Source: a bacterium (GTDB taxonomy: Bacteria; Patescibacteriota; Patescibacteriia; JAACEG01; JAGUWE01). Taken from it: DNA of 64,000 nt. A program made the translations under genes and the position numbers. This document shows positions 27,988 to 38,139 of this stretch, piece by piece. The stretch covers positions 119,468 through 183,467 of the forward strand of contig JAZDOD010000008.1 of NCBI GenBank assembly GCA_043798995.1, written 5' to 3'. Within the stretch, counting starts at the first letter, position 1, and each line of letters starts with the position of its first letter. The notes below the pieces were generated by a model. That model saw only the letters and a program-made list of their open reading frames with translations, searched no databases and was not told where the DNA came from.

Positions 27988-29109
27988 ATGAAAATCGGCA
28001 TTGACGCCAGAATGTATGCGCCGGAGTGCACTGGCATTAGCCGTTATATCAGGGAATTAACTTATCATCTTTTTGACATTGATAAAACTAACGAATATTT
28101 AATGTTTATGCTGGAGCCGGAATATTCTAAGTTTGAAGCCCCGAATGAAAAGGTTAAAAAAATCAAAGTTGATTCCTACTGGTACGGTTATAAAGAACAG
28201 TTAATCTTGCCTTGGCAGATGTTAAAAACTGGCTGTGATTTAATCCATTTTCCTAATTTTAATACCCCGCTAATTTATCCCAAAAAATCAGTTGTCACAG
28301 TTCATGATATTACGCCGTTTTTCTTTTCCGGGCACCGCCGTCAATCAAAATGGCGTGACCGGGCTTTCCGGCAGGTTTTTTCCCGTTCGGTCAAACGAGC
28401 GACTAAAGTTATAGCTGTTTCCGAAGCCACCAAAAAGGATATTATTAGATATTTCAAAATAGCTCCGGAAAAAATTGAGGTGATTTACAACGGTCTGGAC
28501 CAAAAGTTCTTTCGGAAATCTTCTCCCTCGGAGCTTCAAAAGTTAAAAGATAAATACAAAATCCGCAGCCCATTTATTTTATATGTCGGCGTTTGGCGAA
28601 ATCATAAAAATGTGATAGGATTATTAAAAGCATTCAAGCTAATTCTTGATAAATATCAGTGCGATTATCAGTTAGTTTTATTAGGCAAGGAGTTGCCTAA
28701 ATATCCAGATATCAGAAAAACCTGGCAGCAGTTAAATTTGGAAAAAAATTTGGTTTTACCCGGTTTTGTCAGCGATGAAGAACTGTTGCTTTTTTATCAG
28801 GCAAGTGATCTGCTTGTCATTCCCTCCTTGGCCGAGGGATTTGGTTTTACCGGACTGGAAAGCTTGGCTTCAGGCACGCCGGTGGCGGCTTCAAACATTG
28901 CGGCGCTTGAGGAAGTTTTGGGAGAAAGCGCTTCTTATTTTAATCCGCACCGCTTTGAAGAAATGGCCGAAGTTATTTTTAATTTACTGACCAATCAAAG
29001 TTTGCGTCAGGAAAAATTAGCCAAAGCCGAAAATCAGATTAAAAAATACAGCTGGTTAAAAAACGCCGAACAAACCTTAAAACTTTATCAAGACGTTTTG
29101 GAAAAATAA
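27988..29109 (+). CDS. Glycosyltransferase family 4
   Basis: MKIGIDAR; PS.AEGFG...LE. Confidence 0.9.
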   Translation: MKIGIDARMYAPECTGISRYIRELTYHLFDIDKTNEYLMFMLEPEYSKFEAPNEKVKKIKVDSYWYGYKEQLILPWQMLKTGCDLIHFPNFNTPLIYPKKSVVTVHDITPFFFSGHRRQSKWRDRAFRQVFSRSVKRATKVIAVSEATKKDIIRYFKIAPEKIEVIYNGLDQKFFRKSSPSELQKLKDKYKIRSPFILYVGVWRNHKNVIGLLKAFKLILDKYQCDYQLVLLGKELPKYPDIRKTWQQLNLEKNLVLPGFVSDEELLLFYQASDLLVIPSLAEGFGFTGLESLASGTPVAASNIAALEEVLGESASYFNPHRFEEMAEVIFNLLTNQSLRQEKLAKAENQIKKYSWLKNAEQTLKLYQDVLEK

Positions 29110-29111
29110 TT

Positions 29112-31607
29112 ATGCCTAAAAAACAAAAAGATAAAACTAAAAAGAAAGTGAAGAAATTAAGAAAGAAAGTTAAACTTGTTTCTAAAAAGCCCGCCCAGCG
29201 AGTAAAGCGGGCTATTAAAGTTAAAAAAGCCACAGGGAAACCATTAAAAAATGAAAATAAAATTGCCCGGATTTTTAAAAGAGAAAGCAAAATTGAAGAG
29301 CCCGAACTATTAGATTTGCCGGCCGAAACGCCAGCAGAAGAAAAAGAAGAAACAAAACAGAGTTATATTTCACCCCATCTTATTAATTTAAAAGAACCGG
29401 CCAAAGAAAAAGAAGAGCCCACCACGGATGATTTTAGAAAAACTCGGCCGGAAAAACCACGCAAGATTAGTTTTTTAAAAATTAATCTCATAAGAAAAAT
29501 TAATAAAGAGCCACGATTGACTTTTGTTTTTAGCCGAACTTTGGTGGCGGAACTGGCGATTTTTTTGTTTGTTTCTTTTGTCTTGGTTTCAATCCTTTTT
29601 TCTTTTAATTTTTTACAAAATCTAAAAGAAGGACTGCTTACAACTCGCGGCAAAGTTTTAGGCGAAGCTTCAACTGCCGTGGAACATCTTTTAAGCGGCA
29701 GCCAGGAACTTTTAAACTACAACCCCAGCAGCGCTTCCTATCAGTTTTCCCAGGCCGATGAATATTTTAATCAAGCTGGAAAAGAACTTGAAGGAATTAA
29801 TAGTTTAATTAAAGAGACGGCTAAAATTATTCCTTACGATCAGGGCGCGCTTGAGTCAGCTGATTCATTGGTTGAGGCCGGTAAAAATATCACTCTGGCC
29901 GCTTTGTATCTACCTGAAATATTAAATATCATCAATCGGCCGAACAAAGATTTTGGTTACGAAAATAGAGAATCAATTATTATTAATAATGAATCTTTAG
30001 TCGTTGGTCATTTACAGAAAAATTTTTATCAAAAATTAGAAGATTTAAATCTTAATTTAGCTTTAGCAGCTGACAGATTAACCATAGCCAATAATAATTT
30101 AACCGTAGTTAAAAGCGAAATTATTCCCGAAAATAAAAGAGAAGAATTTCTGCGCCTTAAAGAACAGTTAATGGAAGTTGAGGATAAATTTTTCCGCCTG
30201 AGCGAACTAACTGAAGCCTGGCTTGATATTTTAGGCCGAAAAGAATTAAAAAAATATTTGGTGATTTTTCAAAATAATAACGAATTGCGCTCAACAGGCG
30301 GCTTTATGGGCAGTTTTGCTTTAGTCACCGTTGACAAGGGTTTAATTAAGAAAGTTGAATTTCCCGAAGGCGGCAGTTATGACATCCAGGGCCAGCTTTT
30401 AGAGCGCGTTAAACCGCCCTCGGCGCTTAATTTAATTAATTCGCGCTGGTATTTTCACGATGCCAATTGGTGGCCGGATTTTCCGACCACGGCCCGGAAA
30501 CTCATTTGGTTTTATGAAAAAAGCGGCGGCCCGACTCCCGATGGCGTGGTGGCGATTACGGCCGATATAATGAAAGACCTATTGCAATTTACCGGTCCGG
30601 TTGAAGTGCCTGACTATCAAAAAACCATTACGGCCGAGAATTTTTATGAAGAAACGCAAAGAGCCGTTGAATTAGAATATGACAAAGAGGCCAATCGTCC
30701 AAAAAAATTTATGGTAGCTCTGGCTCTTGAATTTTTTAAAAAATTTACCCAGGATGAGAAAAATTTTCAGAATTTTTTCCAACTTTCGGATAAAATTTTT
30801 TCCCAAAAAACGATCCAATTTTACTTTACTAATGAAAAGACCGAAAAAGTTTTTACCTATTTTAATTTAACAGGCCAAATTAAAAATTTGCCAGGCGATT
30901 ATTTGGCAATTATCAATACCAATTTGCGCGGCGGTAAGACCGATAATTTTATTAAAGAAAAACTTTATTTGGAAACTGAGATTGATAATAATGGTCAAAT
31001 TATAAACAAATTGACTCTGGAAAGGACTCATACCGGGGACCCAAATAATTTTTTTGGAAAAACAGTCAATCTTGATTATTTAAGAATTTATGCGCCAAAA
31101 GGAGCTAAACTTCTGAGCGCTTCGGGTTTTAATCCGCCGGAAGCCAAAAGCTATTATTCAGAAGATGAAACATTGGCGCTTGATGCGGATTTAGCCCGTC
31201 TTGAAAATGAGGTGACCATTGATCCCCCCAGCGGCACCAAAATTTATGATCAGTTTGGTAAAACTGTTTTTGCCAACTGGGTTCAGGTAGCGCCGGGTGA
31301 AACTTCAAAAATTATTTTGACTTATCAGCTGCCTTTTACTTTAGACAAGAGATCGGAAAAAGAAGAGAAAAATTATTATGATTTAATTCTGGGAAAACTA
31401 TTAGGCAAAGAAAATATTGATTCTCAGGAAGATTTTCGGACTTATACTTTATTGATCCAAAAACAGGCCGGTGATAATAATTTAGTGTTTAATCAGAAGA
31501 TTAATTTACCGAATAATTGGCAGCTTATTTGGCAGAATAAAGAATTGCCGGCTGAAATTAATCTGCTTCAAGATAATTTTTACGGCGTAATTTATCAGGT
31601 TAAATAA
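29112..31607 (+). CDS. DUF4012-type membrane-anchored protein
   Basis: YLVIFQN.NELR.TGGF.GS, DANW.PDFP and QKQAG motifs. Confidence 0.8.
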   Translation: MPKKQKDKTKKKVKKLRKKVKLVSKKPAQRVKRAIKVKKATGKPLKNENKIARIFKRESKIEEPELLDLPAETPAEEKEETKQSYISPHLINLKEPAKEKEEPTTDDFRKTRPEKPRKISFLKINLIRKINKEPRLTFVFSRTLVAELAIFLFVSFVLVSILFSFNFLQNLKEGLLTTRGKVLGEASTAVEHLLSGSQELLNYNPSSASYQFSQADEYFNQAGKELEGINSLIKETAKIIPYDQGALESADSLVEAGKNITLAALYLPEILNIINRPNKDFGYENRESIIINNESLVVGHLQKNFYQKLEDLNLNLALAADRLTIANNNLTVVKSEIIPENKREEFLRLKEQLMEVEDKFFRLSELTEAWLDILGRKELKKYLVIFQNNNELRSTGGFMGSFALVTVDKGLIKKVEFPEGGSYDIQGQLLERVKPPSALNLINSRWYFHDANWWPDFPTTARKLIWFYEKSGGPTPDGVVAITADIMKDLLQFTGPVEVPDYQKTITAENFYEETQRAVELEYDKEANRPKKFMVALALEFFKKFTQDEKNFQNFFQLSDKIFSQKTIQFYFTNEKTEKVFTYFNLTGQIKNLPGDYLAIINTNLRGGKTDNFIKEKLYLETEIDNNGQIINKLTLERTHTGDPNNFFGKTVNLDYLRIYAPKGAKLLSASGFNPPEAKSYYSEDETLALDADLARLENEVTIDPPSGTKIYDQFGKTVFANWVQVAPGETSKIILTYQLPFTLDKRSEKEEKNYYDLILGKLLGKENIDSQEDFRTYTLLIQKQAGDNNLVFNQKINLPNNWQLIWQNKELPAEINLLQDNFYGVIYQVK

Positions 31608-31613
31608 TATAAT

Positions 31614-33569
31614 ATGCCCAAAATTCCTATCAACAATAATTCCCCGCAGCCAGAGGAATCGGAAGACGGCGTTTTTCATCAGAAAGAAATCAAAGATGAT
31701 TTGATGGACATTTATCGTGATGGAGACGGCAAAATCCCGGATATGAGCCGAATTGAAATTGACAAAAAATCTCGGCTGAAATTGTTTTTGGCAAGATTCT
31801 TTTCTTTTCTCTTTATTATCGGGTTGATCGGTTTGGTGATTTATCTCATCATTCAGCGAGTTAATTATAATAATCAAGGCAAGCAGAGTCTTTCGCTGGA
31901 GGTGCAGGCGCCGCAGGTTTTGGCCTCGGGCGACAAGATAGTTTACAAAATTAATTATATTAATAATGAACAGGCGGCTTTGAATAATAATCAGCTTAAT
32001 GTTGATTATCCCGAAGGTTTTGTTTTTGAATCAGCTGATCCGGCGCCAAGCTCTGAATACAAAAACGTTTGGCAATTGGGTCGGCTTGAGGCCGGCGAGA
32101 AAAAGCTGGTAACAATTATCGGCCGTTTGATTGCGTCGCCTGATTCCGAGCAGAATCTAAAAATCATTGCTTCCTATGAGCCGGAAAATTTCCATTCTGA
32201 GTTTCAGAAATCGGTATTTTTCGCAACTAAGATAGTGGCTAATGTGATTGATTTGACAATTGAGGGTCCGGATAAGATTTTAGCCGATCAGTCAACTATT
32301 TATAGAATCAAATATAAAAACAATTCAGATCAGCCGATAGAAAAAATGCAGATAGATCTTGTCTACCCTTCAGATTTTAAATTTATTGAAGCCAGCCCCG
32401 TGCCTTCAAGCCCGATTGAGGGCGAAAAACAAAATAATCTCTGGTTAGTTGAAAGTTTGGGAGGGCTCTCTTCGGGTGAAATTAATATTAAAGGCTCTTA
32501 TCCGCAAAATTTAACCCAAGACCAGCAGTTAAAGGTTCAGATAAAAATTAAAGATCTTAACGATCAGCTGAAAATTTTAACAGAAAAAGATTTTACGAGC
32601 CACACTCTCGGTAGCGCCTTAAGTTTGAATTTAATCATTAATGGCGCTTCGGCCGACAATTCGGCTAATTTTGATGACTGGTTAAATTATTCCATTGTTT
32701 ATAAAAATAAAAGCGATACACCGCTTAATAATGTCAAAATTAGTGTTCAGGTTTTAGCTTCAGCCGGTGATACGCCATTTAATTTTATTGATTGGTCAAA
32801 AATTGCCGATGATAATCACGGCCAGCTTTCAGACAATCAAATTAACTGGACAAGCAATGAAATTTCAGAATTAAACTCACTTGATGCCGGCGAGGAAGGC
32901 GTGATTGATTTTAAAATTAAGCTCAAATCTTATCAGGAGCTGGAAGAACAAATTAAAAAAATAAGCTCAACTGATTATAAAATTGTTTCTCAAGCCAGCT
33001 TGCAAGGCGAAAACGGCTCTACAACCCAGTCAGACGGACAAACCTTGCCAATTATTTTAAAAAGCAATCAAATAACCACCCGAATTTTAAGCAACGCGAC
33101 TTTTACGGCCCAGGCCCGTTATTTTAATGATGACAACATCGCGGTTGGCAGCGGCCCCTTACCGCCGAAAGTTGGGCAGACTGCTAAATATCGCATTTAC
33201 TGGACAATCGGCAACAGCCTCCATGAGTTGGAAAATATCACTATTACGGCTAATTTATCGCCAAATATTAATTTCAGCAACCGGACCAACGCCGCTCAAG
33301 GAGAAATTTCTTATTCGTCTTCAAGCAGGGCCGTCAACTGGACCGTAAAATCTATCGCGGCTAAGGCCGGCGAGATTGAGGCTGATTTTGAAGTTGAGGT
33401 CACGCCTCGCGAAGAAGATTTGAATAAAATAATCAGTCTGGTTGGCCAATCAACTTTAACCGCCACCGACAAACAAAACAACCTCCCCTTAACTTTGAAC
33501 GCCAAACCGCTTACTTCTAATTTAGACGGTGATCCTATTGCCGAAGGCAAAGGACTGGTGACAAATTAA
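31614..33569 (+). CDS. Membrane-anchored multi-Ig (DUF11-like) protein typical of CPR
   Basis: Single TM helix, repeated Y.I.Y.N beta domains, GPLPPKVG..Y.I.W. Confidence 0.7.
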   Translation: MPKIPINNNSPQPEESEDGVFHQKEIKDDLMDIYRDGDGKIPDMSRIEIDKKSRLKLFLARFFSFLFIIGLIGLVIYLIIQRVNYNNQGKQSLSLEVQAPQVLASGDKIVYKINYINNEQAALNNNQLNVDYPEGFVFESADPAPSSEYKNVWQLGRLEAGEKKLVTIIGRLIASPDSEQNLKIIASYEPENFHSEFQKSVFFATKIVANVIDLTIEGPDKILADQSTIYRIKYKNNSDQPIEKMQIDLVYPSDFKFIEASPVPSSPIEGEKQNNLWLVESLGGLSSGEINIKGSYPQNLTQDQQLKVQIKIKDLNDQLKILTEKDFTSHTLGSALSLNLIINGASADNSANFDDWLNYSIVYKNKSDTPLNNVKISVQVLASAGDTPFNFIDWSKIADDNHGQLSDNQINWTSNEISELNSLDAGEEGVIDFKIKLKSYQELEEQIKKISSTDYKIVSQASLQGENGSTTQSDGQTLPIILKSNQITTRILSNATFTAQARYFNDDNIAVGSGPLPPKVGQTAKYRIYWTIGNSLHELENITITANLSPNINFSNRTNAAQGEISYSSSSRAVNWTVKSIAAKAGEIEADFEVEVTPREEDLNKIISLVGQSTLTATDKQNNLPLTLNAKPLTSNLDGDPIAEGKGLVTN

Positions 33570-33690
33570 ATCCCAATATCCAAATCCCAATTTCAAATCA
33601 AATTCTAAATCCCAATAAAAAATAGTTTTTTGGATTTTGGACTTTGGATTTGATCCGCCAACTGGCGGATTGAGTTTGGGATTTTTGATT
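33568..33690. repeat. Inverted heptamer tract (aaatccc / ttggatt) with a nested tccgcc-aact-ggcgga hairpin
   Basis: Directly visible periodicity. Confidence 0.75.
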
Positions 33691-33696
33691 TCTAGT

Positions 33697-34995
33697 ATGT
33701 TTCAAATAATTAAAAAAAGTTCAAAAAGTTCTGCTCGAGTCGGAATTATTACAACACCTCACGGAGAAGTTAAGACCCCTTGTTTTATGCCGATCGCGAC
33801 TAAGGGGGCGGTGAAAAATTTAACGCCGGAGGAATTAAAATTTTTAGGTGCTGATTTGATTTTGGGCAATACCTATCATTTATGGCTAAGACCGGGCGTA
33901 AAAGTTATCAATAAAGTTGGCGGTTTACATAAATTTATGAATTGGTCTGGCCCGATTTTGACCGATTCAGGGGGATATCAGGTATTCTCTTTAGAGAATA
34001 AAGTCAAAAGTCAAAAGTCAAAAGTCAAAAATTTAAGTCAAAATTCAAAAGGTTATAAAAATAATTCTTTAAGTTTGGTTAAAATCGCCGATAGGGGGGT
34101 TGAGTTTAGAGATCCGTTTGATGGCAAAACTTATTTTTTAACTCCGGAAAAGGCAATTGAGATTCAATTGAAACTCGGCTCGGATATTATTATGGTTTTG
34201 GACGAATGCCCGCCTTACCCCTGCACCCGCGAACAGGCCAAAAAAGCGGTACATCGGACAACCGAATGGGCGAGAAGATGCAAAAAATTTTTCATAAAAC
34301 ATGTAACATGTAACCTGAAACATGAAAAAAGACCGTTGCTGTTTGGGATAATACAGGGTTCGGTTTATCAAGGTTTAAGAATAAAAGCTATCAGAGATTT
34401 ACTGGCAATAGGCTTTTCCGCCAAAGGCGGACCAGCCTCTGGCTGGGACGGTTATGCTATTGGCGGCGTGGCAGTAGGCGAGCCGCGGCAATATTTGGCT
34501 AAAATTCTAAAATGGGTAATACCGCTTTTACCCGAGGACAAACCTTGTTATTTAATGGGCTTAGGCAGGCCCGAAGAAATTGTTGAAGCGGTGAAATTGG
34601 GCATTGATCTTTTTGACTGCGTCATCCCAACGAGAGAAGCGAGACATGGCAGGTTATACCTTTGGAAAAATCCGAAATCCGAAATCCCTGCCCGCCATCG
34701 GCTTACACCTCAGGCGTTAGCAGGCGGGCGAAATCCGAAAAAAATCCGAAATCCGAAATCCAAAAATAAGAATTGGGAATTTTATGAGATGATAAATATT
34801 TTAAACTCTAAATATAAAAACGATTCTAATCCTATTAATCAAACTAATTTAAAAAGTTATTCAAGGGCATATTTACACCATCTTTTTAAAATGGGTGAAC
34901 CTTTAGCCCAACGGCTGGCCACATTAAACAATTTAGAATTTTATTTATCTTTAATGGTGAACTTGCGTCAGGCAGTTAAAATTGACAAAATTTAA
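33697..34995 (+). CDS. tgt: tRNA-guanine transglycosylase with several in-frame repeat inserts
   Basis: TP.FMP, NTYHL, TDSGG.QV.SL, LDEC, YLMG.G and FDCV.PTR.ARHG motifs. Confidence 0.93.
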   Translation: MFQIIKKSSKSSARVGIITTPHGEVKTPCFMPIATKGAVKNLTPEELKFLGADLILGNTYHLWLRPGVKVINKVGGLHKFMNWSGPILTDSGGYQVFSLENKVKSQKSKVKNLSQNSKGYKNNSLSLVKIADRGVEFRDPFDGKTYFLTPEKAIEIQLKLGSDIIMVLDECPPYPCTREQAKKAVHRTTEWARRCKKFFIKHVTCNLKHEKRPLLFGIIQGSVYQGLRIKAIRDLLAIGFSAKGGPASGWDGYAIGGVAVGEPRQYLAKILKWVIPLLPEDKPCYLMGLGRPEEIVEAVKLGIDLFDCVIPTREARHGRLYLWKNPKSEIPARHRLTPQALAGGRNPKKIRNPKSKNKNWEFYEMINILNSKYKNDSNPINQTNLKSYSRAYLHHLFKMGEPLAQRLATLNNLEFYLSLMVNLRQAVKIDKI

Positions 34996-34998
34996 ACT

Positions 34999-35027
34999 AA
35001 AAAGTCCTTTCAAAAAGGACTTTTTTT
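34999..35027. terminator. Bidirectional terminator
   Basis: aaaaagtccttt-caa-aaaggactttttt between convergent genes. Confidence 0.75.
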
Positions 35028-35060
35028 ATGGTCCCAGAAAAAACTCACATCGCTGAGGTT

Positions 35061-35915
35061 TTAATAAGCGATTATTTCCTTTAGTAATTTATTAACAAAA
35101 GTCATTTCAGAATCTTTGGTGATAACGATATCAAAATTCTTCCGATAATTTTTGAGATTTTCTTTGACATTTTTATTCAAAAAACCAATTTTGATTAAGT
35201 TGTCATATCTAAAACCTTTAATCATACCAATATCTGATAAATTATCGCCCAGTAAAATGACATTTTTTCTTTTTTTAATTATTTTATAGACCGGGAAATT
35301 TTTAACCATTGTTTCGTCTTTGTTTAACGAATGAATAATTGGCTTTTTAACGCCTATTATTTTGCCCCGTTGGCTCCACTTAAGAGAATTAGATATAATA
35401 TAAATGTTGGGGTATAATCGTTTTTTATTTTTAAAATACATTGAAATTGACTCAGTGCCCAGTCCGCTAGCCGACATAACAACGAGAGGTATTTTAAAGC
35501 GGTAAAGCAGATCGAAAAATTGCAGAGCGCCCTTTCTAAACTGAATTTTTCCTGAGTCAATGACTCGCTTGACATCTTTTAATTTGAGCCCGGTTTTTAT
35601 TAATAATTTAAAGTGCGTAGTCCACCACTTTTGCATTTCTTTCTTTCTTTTGGCAAGGGGAATGTTCTGGTCGACTTCTATTGGATGATATTTTTCAAAA
35701 AGCGCAATGGCTTTCTTGGTATAATCCGCTGTTAAAAGATTACCCGACCTTAAAATTGAGAGAAGAGAGGGCGTTTCCTTGCCGGCAACGAAGGCCTTGG
35801 TCAAAGTTCGGTCAAAATCAGCCAAAATATGAAGTTTATCAACGCCGTCTTTGGCAATTTTTTGTTTTATTTTTTCTAGTTTTTTCAAGTTAGTTATGAT
35901 AACATTTTTTGGCAT
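35061..35915 (-). CDS. HAD-family pyrimidine 5'-nucleotidase (cN-III/UMPH-1-like)
   Basis: DFDRTLT, M.KWW, SA.G, NVILLGD...D..M and KIGFLN motifs. Confidence 0.8.
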   Translation of the reverse strand: MPKNVIITNLKKLEKIKQKIAKDGVDKLHILADFDRTLTKAFVAGKETPSLLSILRSGNLLTADYTKKAIALFEKYHPIEVDQNIPLAKRKKEMQKWWTTHFKLLIKTGLKLKDVKRVIDSGKIQFRKGALQFFDLLYRFKIPLVVMSASGLGTESISMYFKNKKRLYPNIYIISNSLKWSQRGKIIGVKKPIIHSLNKDETMVKNFPVYKIIKKRKNVILLGDNLSDIGMIKGFRYDNLIKIGFLNKNVKENLKNYRKNFDIVITKDSEMTFVNKLLKEIIAY

Positions 35916-35968
35916 AATTTTGGCTTAAAATCCTTTTTATGTTACAATTTTAATACGAAGATTTTATT

Positions 35969-36742
35969 TTGGCAAGCTTTATGGAGGAAATAATCAAAAT
36001 TTTAATTGTCAGCGTCGCCGGTTTTTTAGGCGGTTTTTTAGGCGGGCAGGTTGGGGGAGGGGCTCTTATTACTTTGCCCGTTCTTCTGGCCTTGGGGCTG
36101 GCGCCGTCGGTGGCGATGGGCACCAATGTGCTTCATGGCGTTTTTGGCAATTTAACCAGCGGCTTAAGATATTTTAAAGACAGAAGAATTAATTTTAAAA
36201 AACTTTTGCCTTATTTGATTTTAGCTTTTTTGGGCGCGGCCATTGGCGCTAAGATTAATATTTCTTTTGATCAAATTCTTCTTAAAAAAATCATTGCTTG
36301 GCTTCTGGCGGCTTTAGCAATTTTTACTTTTTTTAAAGATTATTTAGATAAAAAACTTAAAGTAGTTGAAGCGCGCCATAAAAAAGAAATGGAGTACTTT
36401 TCTTTGGTTTTAATTTTTCTTTTGGGAATCTACGGCGGAATGTTCAGCATTGCCATTACCACGCTTATCGCTTTTCTTTTCCTACTTTTTTTAGGTAAAA
36501 ATTTTATTGACAGCATGGCCCATTCGTTTGTGGTGACAACCTTCTGTCTTTTAGGCGGCTCGCTTGTTTACCTTAGCCAAGGCGCGGTTAATTTTTTTTA
36601 TTTTTGGCCGCTCACGATTTTTACTTGTTTAGGTTCCTGGCTCGGGACCGGTTTTGCGATTAAAAAGGGGGAGAGATGGATTCACCAGCTGTTTTTGGTA
36701 ATTGTAATAATTTTAGTTTTGAAATTAATATTGGATTGGTAA
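35969..36742 (+). CDS. TSUP/TauE-SafE family permease (start may be 35981)
   Basis: GG..GGGALI.LP motif; multiple TM helices. Confidence 0.85.
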   Translation: MASFMEEIIKILIVSVAGFLGGFLGGQVGGGALITLPVLLALGLAPSVAMGTNVLHGVFGNLTSGLRYFKDRRINFKKLLPYLILAFLGAAIGAKINISFDQILLKKIIAWLLAALAIFTFFKDYLDKKLKVVEARHKKEMEYFSLVLIFLLGIYGGMFSIAITTLIAFLFLLFLGKNFIDSMAHSFVVTTFCLLGGSLVYLSQGAVNFFYFWPLTIFTCLGSWLGTGFAIKKGERWIHQLFLVIVIILVLKLILDW

Positions 36743-36780
36743 ACCCTCTCTAATTTTTAAAACTAAGTGTGGGGGTAAAA

Positions 36781-36809
36781 TTGACAAGAAATGAAAATTA
36801 ACTTAGAAT
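36781..36809 (+). promoter_or_regulatory. Sigma70 promoter of pyrC
   Basis: TTGACA-17bp-TAGAAT; AAGGAGGT SD downstream. Confidence 0.7.
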
Positions 36810-36871
36810 TGACAGATAAAAAGCAAGAAACGTCTCGTTCTTTTTAAAATTTTTTAAAAGGAGGTATTTAA

Positions 36872-37918
36872 ATGGGAGAAAGAATTACGATTCGACGGCC
36901 GGATGATTGGCATACTCATTTACGCGAGAATGAAATGCTGAAATGGGTTTTGCCTTACAGTAATGTTTTTGGCAGGGTGGTAGCAATAGGGAACTTGAAT
37001 AGACCGATTGTTGATGCTTATGATGTTAAAAAATATCGAATGGAGATACTCCGTCAAAAACCTCGCTTTCAACCAGTAATGAGTATTATGTTAGTCAAAC
37101 AGACCACCCCACAGATTATTTGCCGCGCCTTTGAAGAAGGGGCCAGAGTTTTAAAATTCATTCCGGCTGATACTTCAACCGGCTCTCAGGAAGGAATTTC
37201 TCTAATCAATCTTAAAGATTATTACCCGGTATTAGAAATGGCGGAGCGCTTAGTCATGATTTTTTCCGGTCATTGGGAGCTAACCAAAGATCCTGAAACT
37301 GCCCGGGTAATTCCTGAGTTAGAAAGAGAAGAAGCCGCTTTACCTTATCTCAAAAAAGTGATTGATGATTTCCCGAACCTTAAAATTGTTGTTGAACATG
37401 TATCTACGGCTAAAATGATTTATTTTATTGAAAAAGCCCCAGCCAATGTTGCCGCGACTCTGACCGCTCATCATATTGGACCAGCTTATTACCCTAATGT
37501 TTTCAATGAAAAAGGCGAAATAGAAGAACCATTTTATTATTGCCGACCGGTTATCAAAAATATTAAAGATGCGGATGCCGTGATGCGGGCAATGACCAGC
37601 GGCAACCCCAAATTTTTCTTTGGTTCTGATTCAGCGCCTCATCCGATTGAAAAAAAGCTGAAAAATCCGCCCGCGGCCGGTATTTTTTCCGCGCCAGTTG
37701 CTCTCGTGTGGGTATGGACTGCCTTTCAACATAGAAATAATGGTAAAGAATTATTTGAGAACTTTATTTCTCGCTCTGGCGCTGAATTCTACGGCCTGCC
37801 CCTGAATAACAATTATTTAACTCTTGTTAAACAGAAATGGACTGTTCCTAAAACTTATAATGGCATCGTTCCTTTTTTAGCCGGTTTTAAGCTTTATTGG
37901 CAAATCGCCGAGCAGTAA
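36872..37918 (+). CDS. pyrC: Dihydroorotase (E. coli-type, class II)
   Basis: PDDWH.HLR, EHVST, T.HH and FFGSDSAPH motifs. Confidence 0.85.
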   Translation: MGERITIRRPDDWHTHLRENEMLKWVLPYSNVFGRVVAIGNLNRPIVDAYDVKKYRMEILRQKPRFQPVMSIMLVKQTTPQIICRAFEEGARVLKFIPADTSTGSQEGISLINLKDYYPVLEMAERLVMIFSGHWELTKDPETARVIPELEREEAALPYLKKVIDDFPNLKIVVEHVSTAKMIYFIEKAPANVAATLTAHHIGPAYYPNVFNEKGEIEEPFYYCRPVIKNIKDADAVMRAMTSGNPKFFFGSDSAPHPIEKKLKNPPAAGIFSAPVALVWVWTAFQHRNNGKELFENFISRSGAEFYGLPLNNNYLTLVKQKWTVPKTYNGIVPFLAGFKLYWQIAEQ

Positions 37919-37956
37919 ACCCCCACACCTAAATCTTTAGATTTAGGTGTGGGGGT
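37919..37956. repeat. Empty member of the ACCCCCACACC TIR family (perfect 18-bp hairpin)
   Basis: acccccacacctaaatct-tt-agatttaggtgtgggggt with AA on both flanks. Confidence 0.85.
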
Positions 37957-38052
37957 AAATTTTCAATAGCCCACTCAAAAAACATCAAAGTGGGCTTTTT
38001 CTTGACTTTTTTCTTTTTTTATGTTATCTTTAAATTATTAATTATTTAGTTA

Positions 38053-38119
38053 GTTTGGAAAAAACAATCTTTTCAAAGCTCGACTATTTTTAGGTCATTT
38101 GAGAAGTAGTTTGCCAAAC
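38053..38119 (+). promoter_or_regulatory. Candidate structured 5' leader RNA
   Basis: gtttgg/ccaaac closing stem enclosing two hairpins. Confidence 0.4.
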
Positions 38120-38139
38120 ACGAAAGGTCATTTAAAAAA

